Assembly (NCBI RefSeq): GCF_004010195.1 | Contig: NC_057750.1 | Span: 9,682,062-9,746,061 of the forward strand | Length of the DNA: 64,000 nucleotides | Source of the DNA: Chiloscyllium plagiosum | Taxonomy: Eukaryota | Reading direction: 5' to 3' | In this document: positions 1-12,345 of the stretch, piece by piece | How positions within the stretch are numbered: position 1 is the first letter of the stretch | Layout of the letters: the number at the start of each line of letters is the position of its first letter | Program-made: the position numbers and the translations under genes | Notes under the pieces: generated by a model | The model's input: the letters and a program-made list of their open reading frames with translations, nothing else | The model's database searches: none | Told to the model about the DNA's origin: nothing

Positions 1-337
1 GGTCTCTTTGCTGGTAGGTGAGAATGTCTCTTTTGAAACAGCAAGGTGTTTCCATTGTCCTGTCCTGGGAGTGAGGTCCTTGGTGGTGCCTCTCCATCTG
101 ACCTGTCCTTTGTGTGGCTTTGGTATTGCTGTGTTATGAGATTGCCCTTGGGACTTTGGGACAGCTGTATTGACCGGATATTGTTAGTGTGTTTTGGGAA
201 GTGTATTCCCTTGTCTGCGAGTGCTGTCTGGTTTCACTTGCCAGCCTGTTTGGTCACTGCTGAGGCATTCTGGGTGTTTCTGGTATAGTTTGGCCAAGTT
301 TTTCTTTCCAATGTTCCGTGTGGTCCTACTTTGGATA

Positions 338-574
338 GGCATGGTGGCAGATCTTAACTCCCCGTGTCTGCGTGGGTTTCCTCCGGGTGCTCCGGTTTCC
401 TTCCACAGTCCAAAAACGTGCAGGTTAGGTGAACTGGCCATGCTAAATTGCCCGTAGTGTTAGGTGCAGGGGTAAATGTAGGGGAATGGGTCTGGGTGGG
501 TTGCGCTTTGGCGGGTCGGTGTGGACTTGTTGGGCCGAAGGGCCTGTTTCCACACTGTAAGTAATCTAATCTAA
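338..574 (+). mobile_element. HE1-type V-SINE, internally deleted
   Basis: V-domain core CCCCGTGTCTGCGTGGGTTTCCTCCGGGTGCTCCGGTTTCC, then GGGCCGAAGGGCCTGTTTCCACACTGT and a (TAATC)n tail. Confidence 0.85.
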
Positions 575-830
575 AACTTCTCCCACAATAGTCTGGCAAA
601 AATACCACTAGGTATCTCTAAGGGGTATATGAACAGATAGGGTTTAGAGGGGTTTGTGCCAAATGCTGGCAAATGGGACTTGATTAACTCAGAATATGGA
701 CGAGTTGGACGGAAGGGTCTGTTTCTATGGTGTACATCTCTATGACTCCATAACCCTAGGTTGGGGGTGCATTTCTTGGAGAGGAGAGGACTGAGTGGAG
801 GTTGGATAGAGGATTTTCCAAATCATGAGA

Positions 831-1090
831 GGGGCGACACAGTGGCTCAGTGGTTAGCACTGCTGCCTCACGGCACCAGGGACCCAGGTTCGATTCCAGC
901 CTCTGACGACTGACTGTGTGGAGTTTGCACGTTCTCCCCGTGTCTGCGTGGGTTTGCTCCGGTTTCCTCCCACAGTCCAAAGATGTGCAGGTGAATTGGC
1001 TGTGCTGGGTGGGTTACTTTTTGGAGGGTCGGTATGGACTGGTTGGGCCGAAGGGCCTGCTTCCACACTGTAGGGAATGTAATCTAATCT
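831..1090 (+). mobile_element. HE1-type tRNA-derived V-SINE inserted in a CR1 fragment
   Basis: tRNA-like head with A box (GTGGCTCAGTGG) and B box (GGTTCGATTCC), V core, AATCTAATCT tail. Confidence 0.9.
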
Positions 1091-1939
1091 GGAGAGGGGA
1101 GATATTTGTAAAAGGGTTGAGAACCAGGGGGCATGGATTTAAAGGATATTGCAGAACATGGGAAAAGAAACATTCTCACACCGTGATGAGTTAGAGTCTG
1201 GCCTAATCAGAGGTATGGTGGAGGCAGATTGAATTGAGATATCCAAGCCAACGCTAAACAAATAAACATAACGGACAGGTTTACAGGGAAATGGCTGGAG
1301 ATTGGCACTAAGTAATTCCTTCGGGAGACAGTGCGGATACAGCAGGCTCGACGGCTCCCTGAGCACCATGAGAGTCCCACAATTCTTCACTTCGTTGCCG
1401 TCTGTGAGAGCTCACTGTGCGCTGATGGGTTACCCTCATTCCCAGTCTGCAACACTAAGGGGGGGGGGGAACAAATCAGATCAGGAAAGGCGCTATATAA
1501 ATGCAAACCCTTTCCCTCCGGGGGGAAGAGAACGTTCGAGGCGGTGATCGAAAGATCGGAGAAATCAAAGAAAAACACATACTTTGCAAAACTCATTGGT
1601 GCTTTGATGTCTTTGTTGTTCAGTCATAGTTCCCTTGCGATTGGTCCAACGCATTTGCTTAAATTGGCTCAGAATACAGACACAGAAACCGCAGACGTTG
1701 GAAACTGTCACAGAAGATAGAAAATCAAATGCAGGGGTTAGCTATTGTTCTTCAGGCTAAAGGGATCAACAAATCTGTGGGCGAAAGCAGGACTGAGTTG
1801 GATGATTAGCCATACTCCTATTGAGTGGCAGAGTCAGGCTCTCAAAGGGCTAATGGCCCAATCATGCTTTTGTTTTCCAATGGTCCTGTGAGATTGCATT
1901 GCCTGGTATACAAGGTAGGGGAGCAAGACATCTGTCTTC

Positions 1940-3545
1940 ATCAGTCAGAGCACTGAGTACAGGTGTTAGGACATCATGTTGCAGCTGTAGATGACATTAT
2001 TCAGGCGATGTTTGGAGCAATGCATGCAATTCTCGTCGCTCTGCTAGAGGAAGGATGTTATTAAATTGGAAAGGGTGCAGAAAAGATTTATAAGGATGTT
2101 ACCGAGACTGGAGGGTTTGAGTTATAACGAGAGGTTAGATTGACTGGGACCTTTCTCCCTACACAGCTGGAGGCTGAGGCGTGACATTATAGAGAGGTTT
2201 ACAAAACAATGAGGGCATGGGTAGAGTGAATAGCTGAGGTCTTTTCTCCCCAGGGTTGGGGAGTCCAGAACTAGAAGACTTAGGTTTAAGCTGAGAGGGG
2301 AAAGATTTAAAAGGGACCTGAGGGGCAACATTTTCACGCAGAGGGTGGTACGTGTATGGAATGAGCTGCCAGAGGAAGTGGTGGTGGCTGGTACAATTAC
2401 AGCATTTAAAAGGCATCTGCGTGGGTATATGAATAGGAAGGGGTTAGAGGAATAATGGGCAAATTGTGTCTCACAAATGTAATTGAGTTTTTTGAGGAAG
2501 CGACAAAAAATGTTTGATGGGGGCAGAGCTGAAGGCATTGTTTACACGGACTTCAGTCAAGCCTTTGAAAAAAGTTCCATATGGTAGGCTAATTAATAAG
2601 GTTAGATCACATGCACCTGAAACGCTGATCTTCCTGCTCACATGGGACTGGCCAAACGCAGGCTGGTGAGCACTAGTTTAATTCGGGAAAATGGTCAGTA
2701 TGGACTGGTTGGACCTAATGGTCTGTTTCTGTGCTGTATGACCCTATGACTCTACAAATGGGATTAGCTCAGGTTAGGAAATCTAGTCAGCATGGATGAG
2801 TTCAGCTGAAGGGTCTGTTTCTCTGCCTTTTGACCCTATGACTCTGGAGAGGGTTCAGAAATGCCTTCTCAAGGATATTGCCAGGAATGAAAGGTCTGTG
2901 TTAAGGGGAGAGGCTTGATAGATGGGGATTGCTTTCACGGAAGTGTGGGAGTTTGAGAGATGAACTTATAGAGGTTTTTAAAATCACGAGGCCTATAGAG
3001 AAAGTGAATGGTAGGTGTCTTTTTTTTTAGATTAGATTATTACTGTGTGGAAACAGGCCCTTCGGCCCAACAAGTCCACACCGCGCCGCCGAAGCGCAAC
3101 CCACCCATACCCCTACATTTACCCCTTACCTAACACTCAGGGCAATTTAGCATGGTCAATTCACCTGACCTGCACATCTTTGGACTGTGGGAGGAAACCG
3201 GAGCACCCAGAGGAAACCCACGCAGCCACGGGGAGAACGTGCAAACTCCACACAGTCAGTCACCTGAGGCGGGAATTGAACCCGGGTCTCTGGCGCTGTG
3301 AGGCAGCAGTGCTAACCACTGTGCCACCATCCCGCCTCTTTTCCCGAGGGTGGGGGATTTCAAGATAAAGGAGCCATTTTGTAAGGCGTGAGGAGAAAAG
3401 TTTAAAAGGAGGGGCAATTTTCTTTTACACAGAGGGTGGTTCGTGTGAGGAATGAACTTTCAGAGGAAGTGGTGGATGCGAGTCACGATCAGCATGGATT
3501 GGTTGGAGTTCTGTTTCCATGCTTTGTGACTCTGTGACTCCATAA
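1940..3545 (+). mobile_element. Cluster of HER1/CR1 LINE 3' fragments
   Basis: Degenerate CR1 ORF2 C-terminal motifs (RDLRGNIFTQRVVRVWNELPEEVV) and CTATGACT-type tails. Confidence 0.85.
3027..3336 (-). mobile_element. HE1 SINE, young subfamily, nested in CR1
   Basis: Full head-to-tail copy, near-identical to copies at ~19356 and ~43315. Confidence 0.9.
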
Positions 3546-3880
3546 CTCTTAACATGTCACTGGGTGGGGTTGGGTTAGAAAGTGCATTGTGCTGTGGAGG
3601 CTTCCAAAGACTGGTTGAAGTGTACACTCCAGAGCTAGTGGAAACAAAACACCAATCTCAGCTCATCGCTCCACACAACGAAGGGACTGGCTTCGCTGAC
3701 ACTGACGCAAACACACTCCACCTCAAAGCACGTTTGCTCAGATTTCGGAGGAACGTGACAGCAGTGGGAGGGGATGGTGAGAACTCTAGGAGCATTCTAT
3801 GTGGAATGTTGATTTGTACATAGCTCCCACATGCGATCGTGGCCAGATGATCTGTTATTTGTCTTGTTGTCTGAGGGATA

Positions 3881-4672
3881 TTTTGATTCAATTGGATTAG
3901 ATTTATTGTAGTCACTTGTACCTAAATACAGTGAAAAGCTTTGTTTTGTGAGCAGTTCAGGGAGACCATAGTAAGCAAGGACATACAGAGCCTTAGACAG
4001 AGTGAGGCTTGCAGGGTTACATGGAGCTGGACAAAGGAAGATCAACATTAGATTTGAGGTCCATGCAGCAGTCTAATAATGGCAGGGAAGAAGCTGTTCT
4101 TGAACCTGTCGATGCGAGTGTTCAGGCTTCTGTATCTTCTGCCTGATGGAAGAGGTTACAGTAGAGCATTACTGGGGTGTGATGGGTCTTTGATGATGTT
4201 GGCAGCCTGTCCATGGCAATGTGAGATGTAAATGGAGCCCATGGATGGGAGGTTGGCTTCTGTGATGGTCTGGGCTGTGCACACCCCCTTCTGTAGTTTC
4301 TTACAGTCCTGGGCAGACCAGTTGCCGTATCAGGCCATTATGCACCCAGACAGTTTGCTTTCAGTGGTGCATCTGTAAAAGTTGGTGAGGGTCTTTATGG
4401 ACTTGACGAATTTCCTGAGCTCCCTGAGGAAGAAGAGGCGTTGTCGTGCCTTCTTGACCATCGCATCTATTGTGGGAGGTCCAGGCCAGGTTGACAGTTA
4501 TTGCCACTCTGAGAGAACTTGACGTTCTCCAGCCTCTCCACCTCAGCGCCGTTAATGTTGGGGGGGAGGGGGTGGGGGAAATGGGGTCTCCTCCTCCTCT
4601 CTCCCTGAAGTCAAAGACCAGTTCTTTAGTTTTTGCCGACATTGAGAGAGAGTTTTTTCTCAGCCAGGAGAA
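3881..4672 (-). mobile_element. Rex1/Babar-type LINE 3' fragment
   Basis: Minus-strand translation gives KTKELVFDFR, KKARQRLFFLRELRKF and LPSGRRYRSL-like motifs; AT-rich tail near 3881-3950. Confidence 0.75.
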
Positions 4673-5149
4673 CAATCTTCCCCACCCCCGTCCCACCCCC
4701 ACAAGGGGGTCGTGTTTGTGCAGATAGAGTTGAATAATTGTTATGTTGGCTGTTAGAGTGCATCTGGGGTGTTGTTAGTTAATGTCAGATATACGCAGCT
4801 GGATGTTAAGACTAAGAGATTACACCGTGCTTTAGTCTGCACTGTAAATAGCTAATAAACATTTATTAGCTGATAACAGCATGGTTCCTCCCATCCTCTA
4901 TTGATTTAGATCCCAATGATAGCACTAATATAGGGAAAGCTTGGCAGGATGGCAGTTTAATGTATTCGGTAATTTCAGAGACGTCACATCCAGCAGTATG
5001 GTATTCCTTCTGTCAGACTGGATAATGTGCTGCAGTCTCTAACATGAATACATGAACTTCTAACTCTAAAGCAAGGCTGTGACCTATTAGGCCACATTAG
5101 ACACATAAGGAAGAAACAGCAGATGCCATTTGCAGAGAATAAATGCATG

Positions 5150-5935
5150 TTATAGGGTCATAGAGATGTACAGCATGAAAACAGACCCTTCGCTCCAACT
5201 CGTCCATGCTGACCAGATATCCTGAGTTAATCGAATTCCATTTGCCAGCACTTGGCCCACATCCCTCTAAACCCTTCCTATTCAAGAACCTGTCCAAATG
5301 CCTTTAAAATGCTGCAATTGTACCAGCCACCACCACTTCCTGATTAGATTAGATTCCCTACAGTGTGGAAACAAGCCCTTTGGCCCAACAGGTCCACACC
5401 AACCCTCCAAAGAGTAACCCACCCAGACCCATTTCCCTACATTTACCCCTGACCTAACACTATGGGGCAAGTTAGCGTGGCCAATTTGCTTGAACTGCAC
5501 ATCTTATAGACTACAGGAGAAACCAGAGCACCCGGAGGAAACGGGGAGAGTGTGCAAACTCCACACAGACAGTCGCCTGAGGCTGGAATCGAACCCGGGT
5601 CCCTGGCGCTGTGAGGTGGCAGTGCTAACCACTGAGCCACCGTGCCACCTAAACGTGCCTCTGGCAGCTCATTCCATAACACACACCACCCTCTGCCCTC
5701 AGGCCCCTTTTAAATCTTTCCCCTCCCACCCTAAACCCGAGCCCTCCAGTTTTGGACTCCCCCCATCCCTGGGGAAAAAGAAATTGACTATTCATCTTAT
5801 CTATTCCCCTCATGATGTTATAAACCTCTATAAGGTCACCCCTCAGCCTCCGACGCTCCAGGGAAAACAGCCCCAGCCTCTTCAGCCTCTCCCTGTAGCA
5901 AACCCTCCAACCCTGGCAACATCCTTGTAAATCTT
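5150..5935 (-). mobile_element. HER1/CR1 3' fragment interrupted by HE1 SINE (~5343-5648)
   Basis: CR1 tail and ORF2 C-terminal sequence on both sides of a complete minus-strand HE1. Confidence 0.85.
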
Positions 5936-6357
5936 AACTTCTGGCAAGTGTAAATGAGCCAAGTCACAAGCTCGAACTTTATTAACCCTTATAGACTCAT
6001 TTGGCAGCGATTGCAAGGCAGACTCATAGTGGACTCAAAACATGAACTCTATTTTTCTCTTTCTCTCTATAGTTGCTGCCAGACCTGCTGAGTTTCTCTG
6101 TGTTTGTTTCAGATTTCCAGTATCTGCAGGATTTTGCTTTCATTCATAGAACATTACAGCGCAGTACAGGCCCTTCGGCCCTCGGTGTTCCGCCAACCTG
6201 TGGAACCAATCTGAAGTCCATCTAACCTACACTTTTCCATTTTCATCCATATGCTTATCCAATGACCATTTAAATGTCCTTAAAGCTGGCACATCTACTA
6301 CTGTTGTAGGCAGGATGTTCCACACCCCTACTACTCTCTGAGTAAAGAACGACTCTC

Positions 6358-6723
6358 TGACATCTGTCCTATATCCGTCACCCCTCAATTTAAAGCTATG
6401 CCCCCTCATGCTAGCCATCACCATCCGAGGAAAAAGGCACTTACTGTCCACCCTATCTCACCCTCTGATTATCTTATATGTCTCAATTAAGTCACCTCTC
6501 AACTCTCTTCTCTCTAACAAGAGAGAAGGAAATGTCCTCCTGAGTGAAAACTATCCCTGGATCAACGTGACAAAAAACACACCATGTGTTCACGATCATG
6601 TTGCTGGCGTGATCTCTGTCGGTGTGAAAATTAACTTCAGCATTTCCCACATAACAGAAGTGACTACTCTACAAATAGTTCTGCTGTGCGTCAACAGTTA
6701 CCACAGCAGCTTAAAGACCTGAG
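6358..6723. repeat. Copy 1 of a local ~365-bp duplication (copy 2 at 7810-8173)
   Basis: Near-identical sequence that includes a CR1/SINE junction. Confidence 0.9.
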
Positions 6724-7475
6724 ACCCTGCCTCTACAGGTAAACCATTTCCTTTTAACTTTTTAATCTTTAAGAAATTGTTTATCCTAAAACAGTCGCTC
6801 GCGACAGAGCAGTTGGCACAGTTGGGAAAGTTCAGCAAGTGCTTCCAAATCCCAATTGCATTAACCAGTAAGCACTTCACTTTGGGTTGTGGCAGCAACT
6901 GTGGGGGGGGGGAACATAGAGCCAAGGTCTCGGGTCTGTAACCTTTTGTGGTAACACTTGACACAAAACAAAAAGCATTTTCTCATGTGGAGGCAACATC
7001 AGTGTCAACAATTTGAGCTGAATGACCTTGAATCACATATTCATTCAGCGTCTCTGTTTTCTAAGCTTAGATGTGGTTTGCTCAGTCTAAACCTCTGGTC
7101 TTCTTTGTGAGTCATCTTCACTTGTTCCTCTGTGGGTGCAGCCAACAAATAAAACATCAGCAACAAATAAGGTCTGGCCTCGTCCTGGGAAAGCAATTTT
7201 TTTCTGATTTGGTTTTGACTGTGCGTTAAACGTTCACAGACCCTGGCAGAGAGAGCGTACAAGATTGAAATCAAAAGCGCTATGCAAGTATATAGCTTTG
7301 AGGATAGTCTTAGGCAAACACTGTTGCGTAGATTTGACATCAGGAGGCAGGTGATGACAAACTTGAGTTTTAAAAATTCGACAGAGAAAGCTGGAAATAA
7401 TTTGGCCGGGTCTGGCAGTTGAGATGGTCATAGTTAGCCCTTCAGGTTGTTCATAACTGGGTAACGTTAGAGATT

Positions 7476-7745
7476 AGCGAGTTCTGAGCAGATTTGTAGC
7501 TCAGGTTGAGGTTATGGATGTAAGTTTGCTCACTGAGCTGGAAGGTTCACTTTCAGATGCTTCGTCACCATACTAGATACCATCATCAGTGAGCCTCCGA
7601 TGAAGCACAGGTGTTATGACCTGCTTTCTATTTATGTGTTTAGGTTTCTTGGGTTGGTGGTGTCAATTTCCTGTGTTTGGTGATGCCATTTCCTGTGTTG
7701 GTGATGTCATTTCCTGTTCTTTTTCTCAGATGGTGTCCAAATTGA
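7476..7745 (-). mobile_element. Penelope-like element 3' end, same family as 27893-28328, degenerate hammerhead
   Basis: Reverse complement reads GGCTCA-CTGATGA-tggtatctagtatggtgac-GAAG-catctga and matches 28100-28328. Confidence 0.75.
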
Positions 7746-7809
7746 TGGGCTTGCTGAGATGTAACACTGAGTGAAGGAAGGAGAAGGGTGACGTGGAGCA
7801 TAAAACAGA

Positions 7810-8173
7810 TGACATCTGTCCTATATCCGTCACCCCTCAATTTAAAGCTATGCTCCTCATGCTAGCCATCACCATCCGAGGAAAAAGGCACTTACTGTCC
7901 ACCCTATCTCACCCTCTGATTATCTTATATGTCTCAATTAAGTCACCTCTCAACTCTCTTCTCTCTAACAAGAGGAGGAAAATGTCCTCCTGAGTGAAAA
8001 CAATCCCTGGATCAACGTGACAAAAAACACACCATGTGTTCACGATCATGTTGCTGGCATGATCTCTGTCGGTGTGAAAATTAACTTCAGCATTTCCCAC
8101 ATAACAGAAGTGACTACTCTACAAATAATTCTGCTGTGCGTCAACAGTTCCCACAACAGCTTAAAGACCTGAG
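7810..8173. repeat. Copy 2 of the local duplication
   Basis: Matches 6358-6723. Confidence 0.9.
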
Positions 8174-8294
8174 GATGAAGGGCAGAAGAAATTATAGGAC
8201 AAAAGGGGGCTGGCACCCACATTTCCCATGGCGAATACATCCCTGGACACGACTGGGCAATGTAGCATGGCCAATCAGTGGACTCAGTGATGAC

Positions 8295-8665
8295 CACTGC
8301 TGCCTCACGGCGCCAGGGACCCAACCTTGGGCGACTATCTGTAACTTTTCATGGTAACATTTGACACAAAACAAAAATCATTTTGTCCAGCAGAGGATAG
8401 ATGTCGATTCCAGCCTCGGGCGACTGTCTGTGTGGAGTTTGCATGTTCCCCCCCGTGTCTGTGTGGGTTTCCTGTGGGTGCTCTGGTTTCCTCCCACAGC
8501 CCCAAAGATGTGAGGGTTAGGGTGGATTGGCCATACTGTCCAGGGAGTGGATTAGCCATGATAATATGTGAGGTGCTGGGACTGGGTAGGATACTCTTCA
8601 GAAAGTTAGTTGGACTCATTAGGCTGAATGGCCTCTTTCCACTCTGTAGGGATTCTATGAACTAA
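8295..8665 (+). mobile_element. Fragmented HE1 SINE
   Basis: CTGCTGCCTCACGGCGCCAGGGACCC head piece, V core and tail. Confidence 0.75.
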
Positions 8666-8669
8666 TCTA

Positions 8670-10365
8670 AGAATGACAGGAGGCACTATTGAAGCATACA
8701 AGATTGCTGGACAATTTGACAAAATAAATGTGGAGGGATTATTTTCCATTGTGGGAGAGACTAGGACCAAAGGACTTTATTTCAGAATAAGGAGTCACCC
8801 AGAGATGAAGCAGAATTTTGTCTCTCAGAGGGGAGTGAATCTGGAGCATTCTTTGCTTCAAACGGCTGTTAAGACGGGGTCATTAAGTATATCCAAGGCT
8901 GAGATAGAGAGATTTTTAATCAGGAAGGGAAACAAGGATTATGGGAGAAAGGCAGGAAGGTGGAGTTGAAGACCTGGTGAAGCAGAGTTGATGGAGGGTT
9001 GTTTGTCAGACTGGAGACCCGTGACCAGCGGTGTTCTGCAGGGATCAGTGCTGGGCCCATTATTTCGGATGAGTATTTAGGCAGCATGGTTAGTAAGTTT
9101 GTGGATGACACCACAATTGGTGATATGGTGGACAGAGAAGAAGGTTATCTAAGTTTGCAAAGGGGTCTTGATCAATTTGGGACAATGGGCTGAGGAGTGG
9201 CAGATGGAGTTTAATTTGAATAAATGCGACATTTTGGTAAAACTAAACCTGGGCAGGATTCATACAGTTAATGATGGGGCTCTGGGTAGTGTTGTGGGAC
9301 AGAGAGACCCAGGGGTTCAGGTACATAGTTCATTGAAAGTTGAATCATGGGAAGGCAGAGTGGTTAAGAAGGTTTGCTTGCTTTCCTTACTCAGGCCTTT
9401 GAGTATAGGAGTTGGGATGTCATGTACTGGACATTGATGAGATCAGTTTCGGAGTCCTGTGTTCTGTTCTGATTGCCCTGCCCTGCCCTGAATTGGAGAG
9501 GAATCAGACAGGATTTACCAGGATGTTGCTGGGAATTGGAGGGTTTGAGTTATAGGGAGAGACTGGATCGGCTGGGACTACTTTCACAGGAGCACAGGAC
9601 CCTATTGAGATTTATAAAATCATGAGGGGTATAGATCAGGTGAATAGCAAAGGGTTTTTTTTTCCCTGGGATGGGGGAGGTCAAAACTAGAAGGCATAAT
9701 TTTAAGGTGAGAGGGGAAAGATTAAAAAGGGGCTTCAGGGGCAACTTTTTCACACAGAAGATGGTCCACGCGTGGAATGAGCTGCCAGAGGAAGTGGTAG
9801 ATGCTGATACAGTTCCAACATTTAAAAGACATTTGGACAGGTACATGAATAGGAAAGGTTTGGAAGGGCATGGGCCAACTGCTGGCAAATGGGACTACTT
9901 CAATTTAAGAAACTCGGTTAGATGAGTTGGACCGAAGAGTCTGTTTCCGTACTGTACAACTCTATGATGGGCCAAATGGCCTGCTTCTGCTCCTAAACAT
10001 AATGGTCTTAAACCATTGGGAAAGCTCATGGAATGTAATCATTTATTGTGGGGGAGGCTGAAGGTTCAGAAGGAAAGTTAAGCTTCAGTTGGATGGGGCA
10101 CTGGTGAGGCCATATCTGCAGGACTGTGTCCGGTATTGGTCACCTTATTTAAGGAAGGGAACAGAAGCATTGGCCGGCATGTCTGAAGAGGAAAGGACAG
10201 GCTGAGCTTGTATTCACTGAGCTTTGAGAAGACTAAGGCAACTTGACTGAAATATAATATCCTGACAGGTTGGACTCAAGGATTATCAGATCAGCCACAA
10301 GCTCATTGAATGGCAGAGCAGTCGACGGGCTGAATGGCCTACTGCCGCTTGTATATCTTAACGGT
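8670..10365 (+). mobile_element. CR1/HER1 LINE fragments including RT core remnant
   Basis: SKFVDDTTIG (YADD-equivalent), WAEEWQMEFNLNKC and RGNFFTQKMVHAWNELPEEVV motifs. Confidence 0.85.
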
Positions 10366-10809
10366 GTTTGCTTTCGAACATCTGTCCAAAACAAAAGGTC
10401 TGGTGCGATTCTGTGATTGGGTAACATTTACAGAATAACCCGGAGTAAAACCGCACTTACAAGGAATTTAAGCTCATTAAGGTTTACTGGAATATTTATA
10501 CATCAGAAACCATTCTCTGCAAACTAAAGATATATGGTCAACCCGTAAATCCTTTCTTGAGTTACCTGGGGGCTTATGGGGGGGGGGAGCTATAGTCCAC
10601 TCTTGTTTTCTGCATGATGATGCCTCAGCTAGTTCGAGTCAATATACCAACTGATCAGCACCCTTTTCTCCTGTAGCAATGACCGCCATGATTGTTGAGA
10701 TTTGGCATTCTTGCATTGGTCCTGATGAGTGCAAGTCAAACTAGCTTTGGCATCAAGCCTGTCTTTTCAGCAAGGCCAAAGGGAGTGGCAGTCAGGGCAG
10801 CAAATGCAA

Positions 10810-11140
10810 GGAGGCAGCAGCCTAGTGATATTATCGCTGGATTTTTTTAAATCCAGAGACTCAGCTAATGTTCTGGGCACTTGGGTTCAAATCCTGCCAC
10901 GGCAGATGGTGGAATTTGAATTCAATGTAAATCTGAAATTACAAATTTAACGATGACCACAAGTCGATTGTCACTAATCCCCTTTAGGGAAGGAAAGTGC
11001 CATCCTTGCCTGGTCTGGCCAATGTGTGACTCCAGACCCACAGCAATGCGGTTGACTCTTAACTGCCATCTGGGTAATTAGAGACGGGCCATAAATACTG
11101 GCCCAGCCCGTGGCGTCTATATCTTATGAATGAATTTTTA
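10810..11140 (+). mobile_element. tRNA-derived SINE family B (non-HE1)
   Basis: GGGTTCAAATCC B box, body AGGGAAGGAAA...CCTGGTCTGGCC...GTGACTCCAGACCCACAGCAAT, tail ...ATAAATACTGGCCCAGCC; further copies at ~12745-13282(-), 45165-46655, 47270-47740, 55860-56160(-). Confidence 0.8.
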
Positions 11141-11189
11141 AAAATGCCTTGAGGAGATATGAATGCCCCAATATCCATTATCTAACAAG

Positions 11190-11618
11190 AAAGAGTTGCA
11201 TTTATAAAGAATAATTGGGCATCTCAAAGTGCTTTACAAGAAAGAAAGTTCCTTTTTGATGTGCTGTTACTGCTGAGTAATATAGCAACCAATTTGTGCA
11301 AAGCAAGCTCCAAATATGCACAAAAACCGAAAGAAGTGCTGTAAACCAGAAACAAAAACAGAAATTGTTGGAAGGGTTCTAAGGATGGGTCAGCAGACTG
11401 GAAATGTTAACTGATTTCTCTCCACTGACCAGATAATCCGTCTTCATTCTGTTGACTGGAGATAAATATTGACCAGGGCACAGGGAAGAAATCTCTTGGT
11501 CGATTTTAAAATCGAGCGGTCAGCTCTTTTACATCCACCTGAGCTGCCTCAGGGTGACTTGACACCCATAAGAGAGGACACCTGATAATGCAGCTGTCTC
11601 TTGGTATAGCACTGGGAT
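11190..11618 (-). mobile_element. Old Deu-domain-like SINE (SacSINE1-like), fragmented
   Basis: Reverse of CTCAGGTGGATGTAAAAGA...GTCAATATTTATC...GCTTGCTTTGCACAAATTGG...ATAAATGCAA; similar remnants at ~1400-1510, 39860-40210, 59030-59300. Confidence 0.55.
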
Positions 11619-12165
11619 AAGGGAAAGGAAAGGGAGCAGGAAAAGGGAAGGAAAGGAGGGAAAGAAGGAATGAAAGCTGAAAAGAAAAGCAAAAAAAAAG
11701 GAAAGGAAAATAAAGTAACAAAAAGTCAGATTTGACATTTTTTTGAATCCAGAATCCAGAAAGCTGCGCAGTCCAATGATGAGGTCCTGATCATGCAGTT
11801 CATTGGAAGAAACATCCGGAAGAAACAGTAAGATTCCGTAAGAAGCATCCGGAATCCGAACTGATGGCTGCTGCTAAACACGGAATCTTGTCTCCCTTCC
11901 TGGATTCCCTCTGCTGGTCTAAGTGTTAGGGGTGGCTGCAGGGAGATCGAGTGGGACACCCCCAGCAGAGCGCGAGGAGTGGGAGATGTGGGGGAGAAAG
12001 TGGGGCGTGGGCTTAGTGGTGCCTTTCAATAGTTTTCCCACCCCTTCTCCTTTCCTGTTGCTGAGGGACCACTCTTTCAGGGACCTGCGACCAATCCAGT
12101 GGGAGTTTGTGTTCCCCGTGTGGGCGGACCACATCCCCGAAGAGAATTTCAAGAGGGCATCACGC

Positions 12166-12345
12166 GGGCTTGGTTAGCTCAGTTGGCTGGATGGCGAGCT
12201 TGCAATGCACATTGGAGCCAGCAGCATGAGTTTAATTCTCATCACCGGCTGAGGTTACCATGAAAGACTCTCCTTGTCATCCTTTCCTCAGGCATGGTGA
12301 CCCTCAGGTTAAATCACCATCAGTCCTCTCTCTCTCTCTCTCTCT
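12166..12345 (+). mobile_element. tRNA-derived SINE family C with (CT)n tail
   Basis: GGTTAGCTCAGTTGG head and GGTGACCCTCAGGTTAAA body; reverse copies at ~44380-44540 and ~56310-56595. Confidence 0.65.

Noticed and set aside
340..348. Perfect Kozak GCCACCATG on the minus strand
   Set aside because: It is the reverse complement of a decayed HE1 head (GGCACGGTGGC); the downstream frame is short and unrecognisable
831..905. tRNA genes at HE1 and other SINE heads
   Set aside because: A/B boxes run straight into SINE bodies; no complete standalone cloverleaf
3658..7350. Other short AG...GT open segments in unique DNA (~3660-3850, ~4870-5030, ~7240-7350)
   Set aside because: Weak splice signals, no recognisable peptides and no consistent strand
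10705..10770. CTGATGA inside a CTTGCA/TGCAAG hairpin as another hammerhead
   Set aside because: No stem II followed by GAAA in the right position; at most a decayed element end
11772..11807. C/D-box snoRNA or SECIS-like hairpin (TCCAATGA...TCATTGGA with ATGATGA and CTGA)
   Set aside because: C and D boxes are only 4 nt apart and the hairpin is too short for either RNA class
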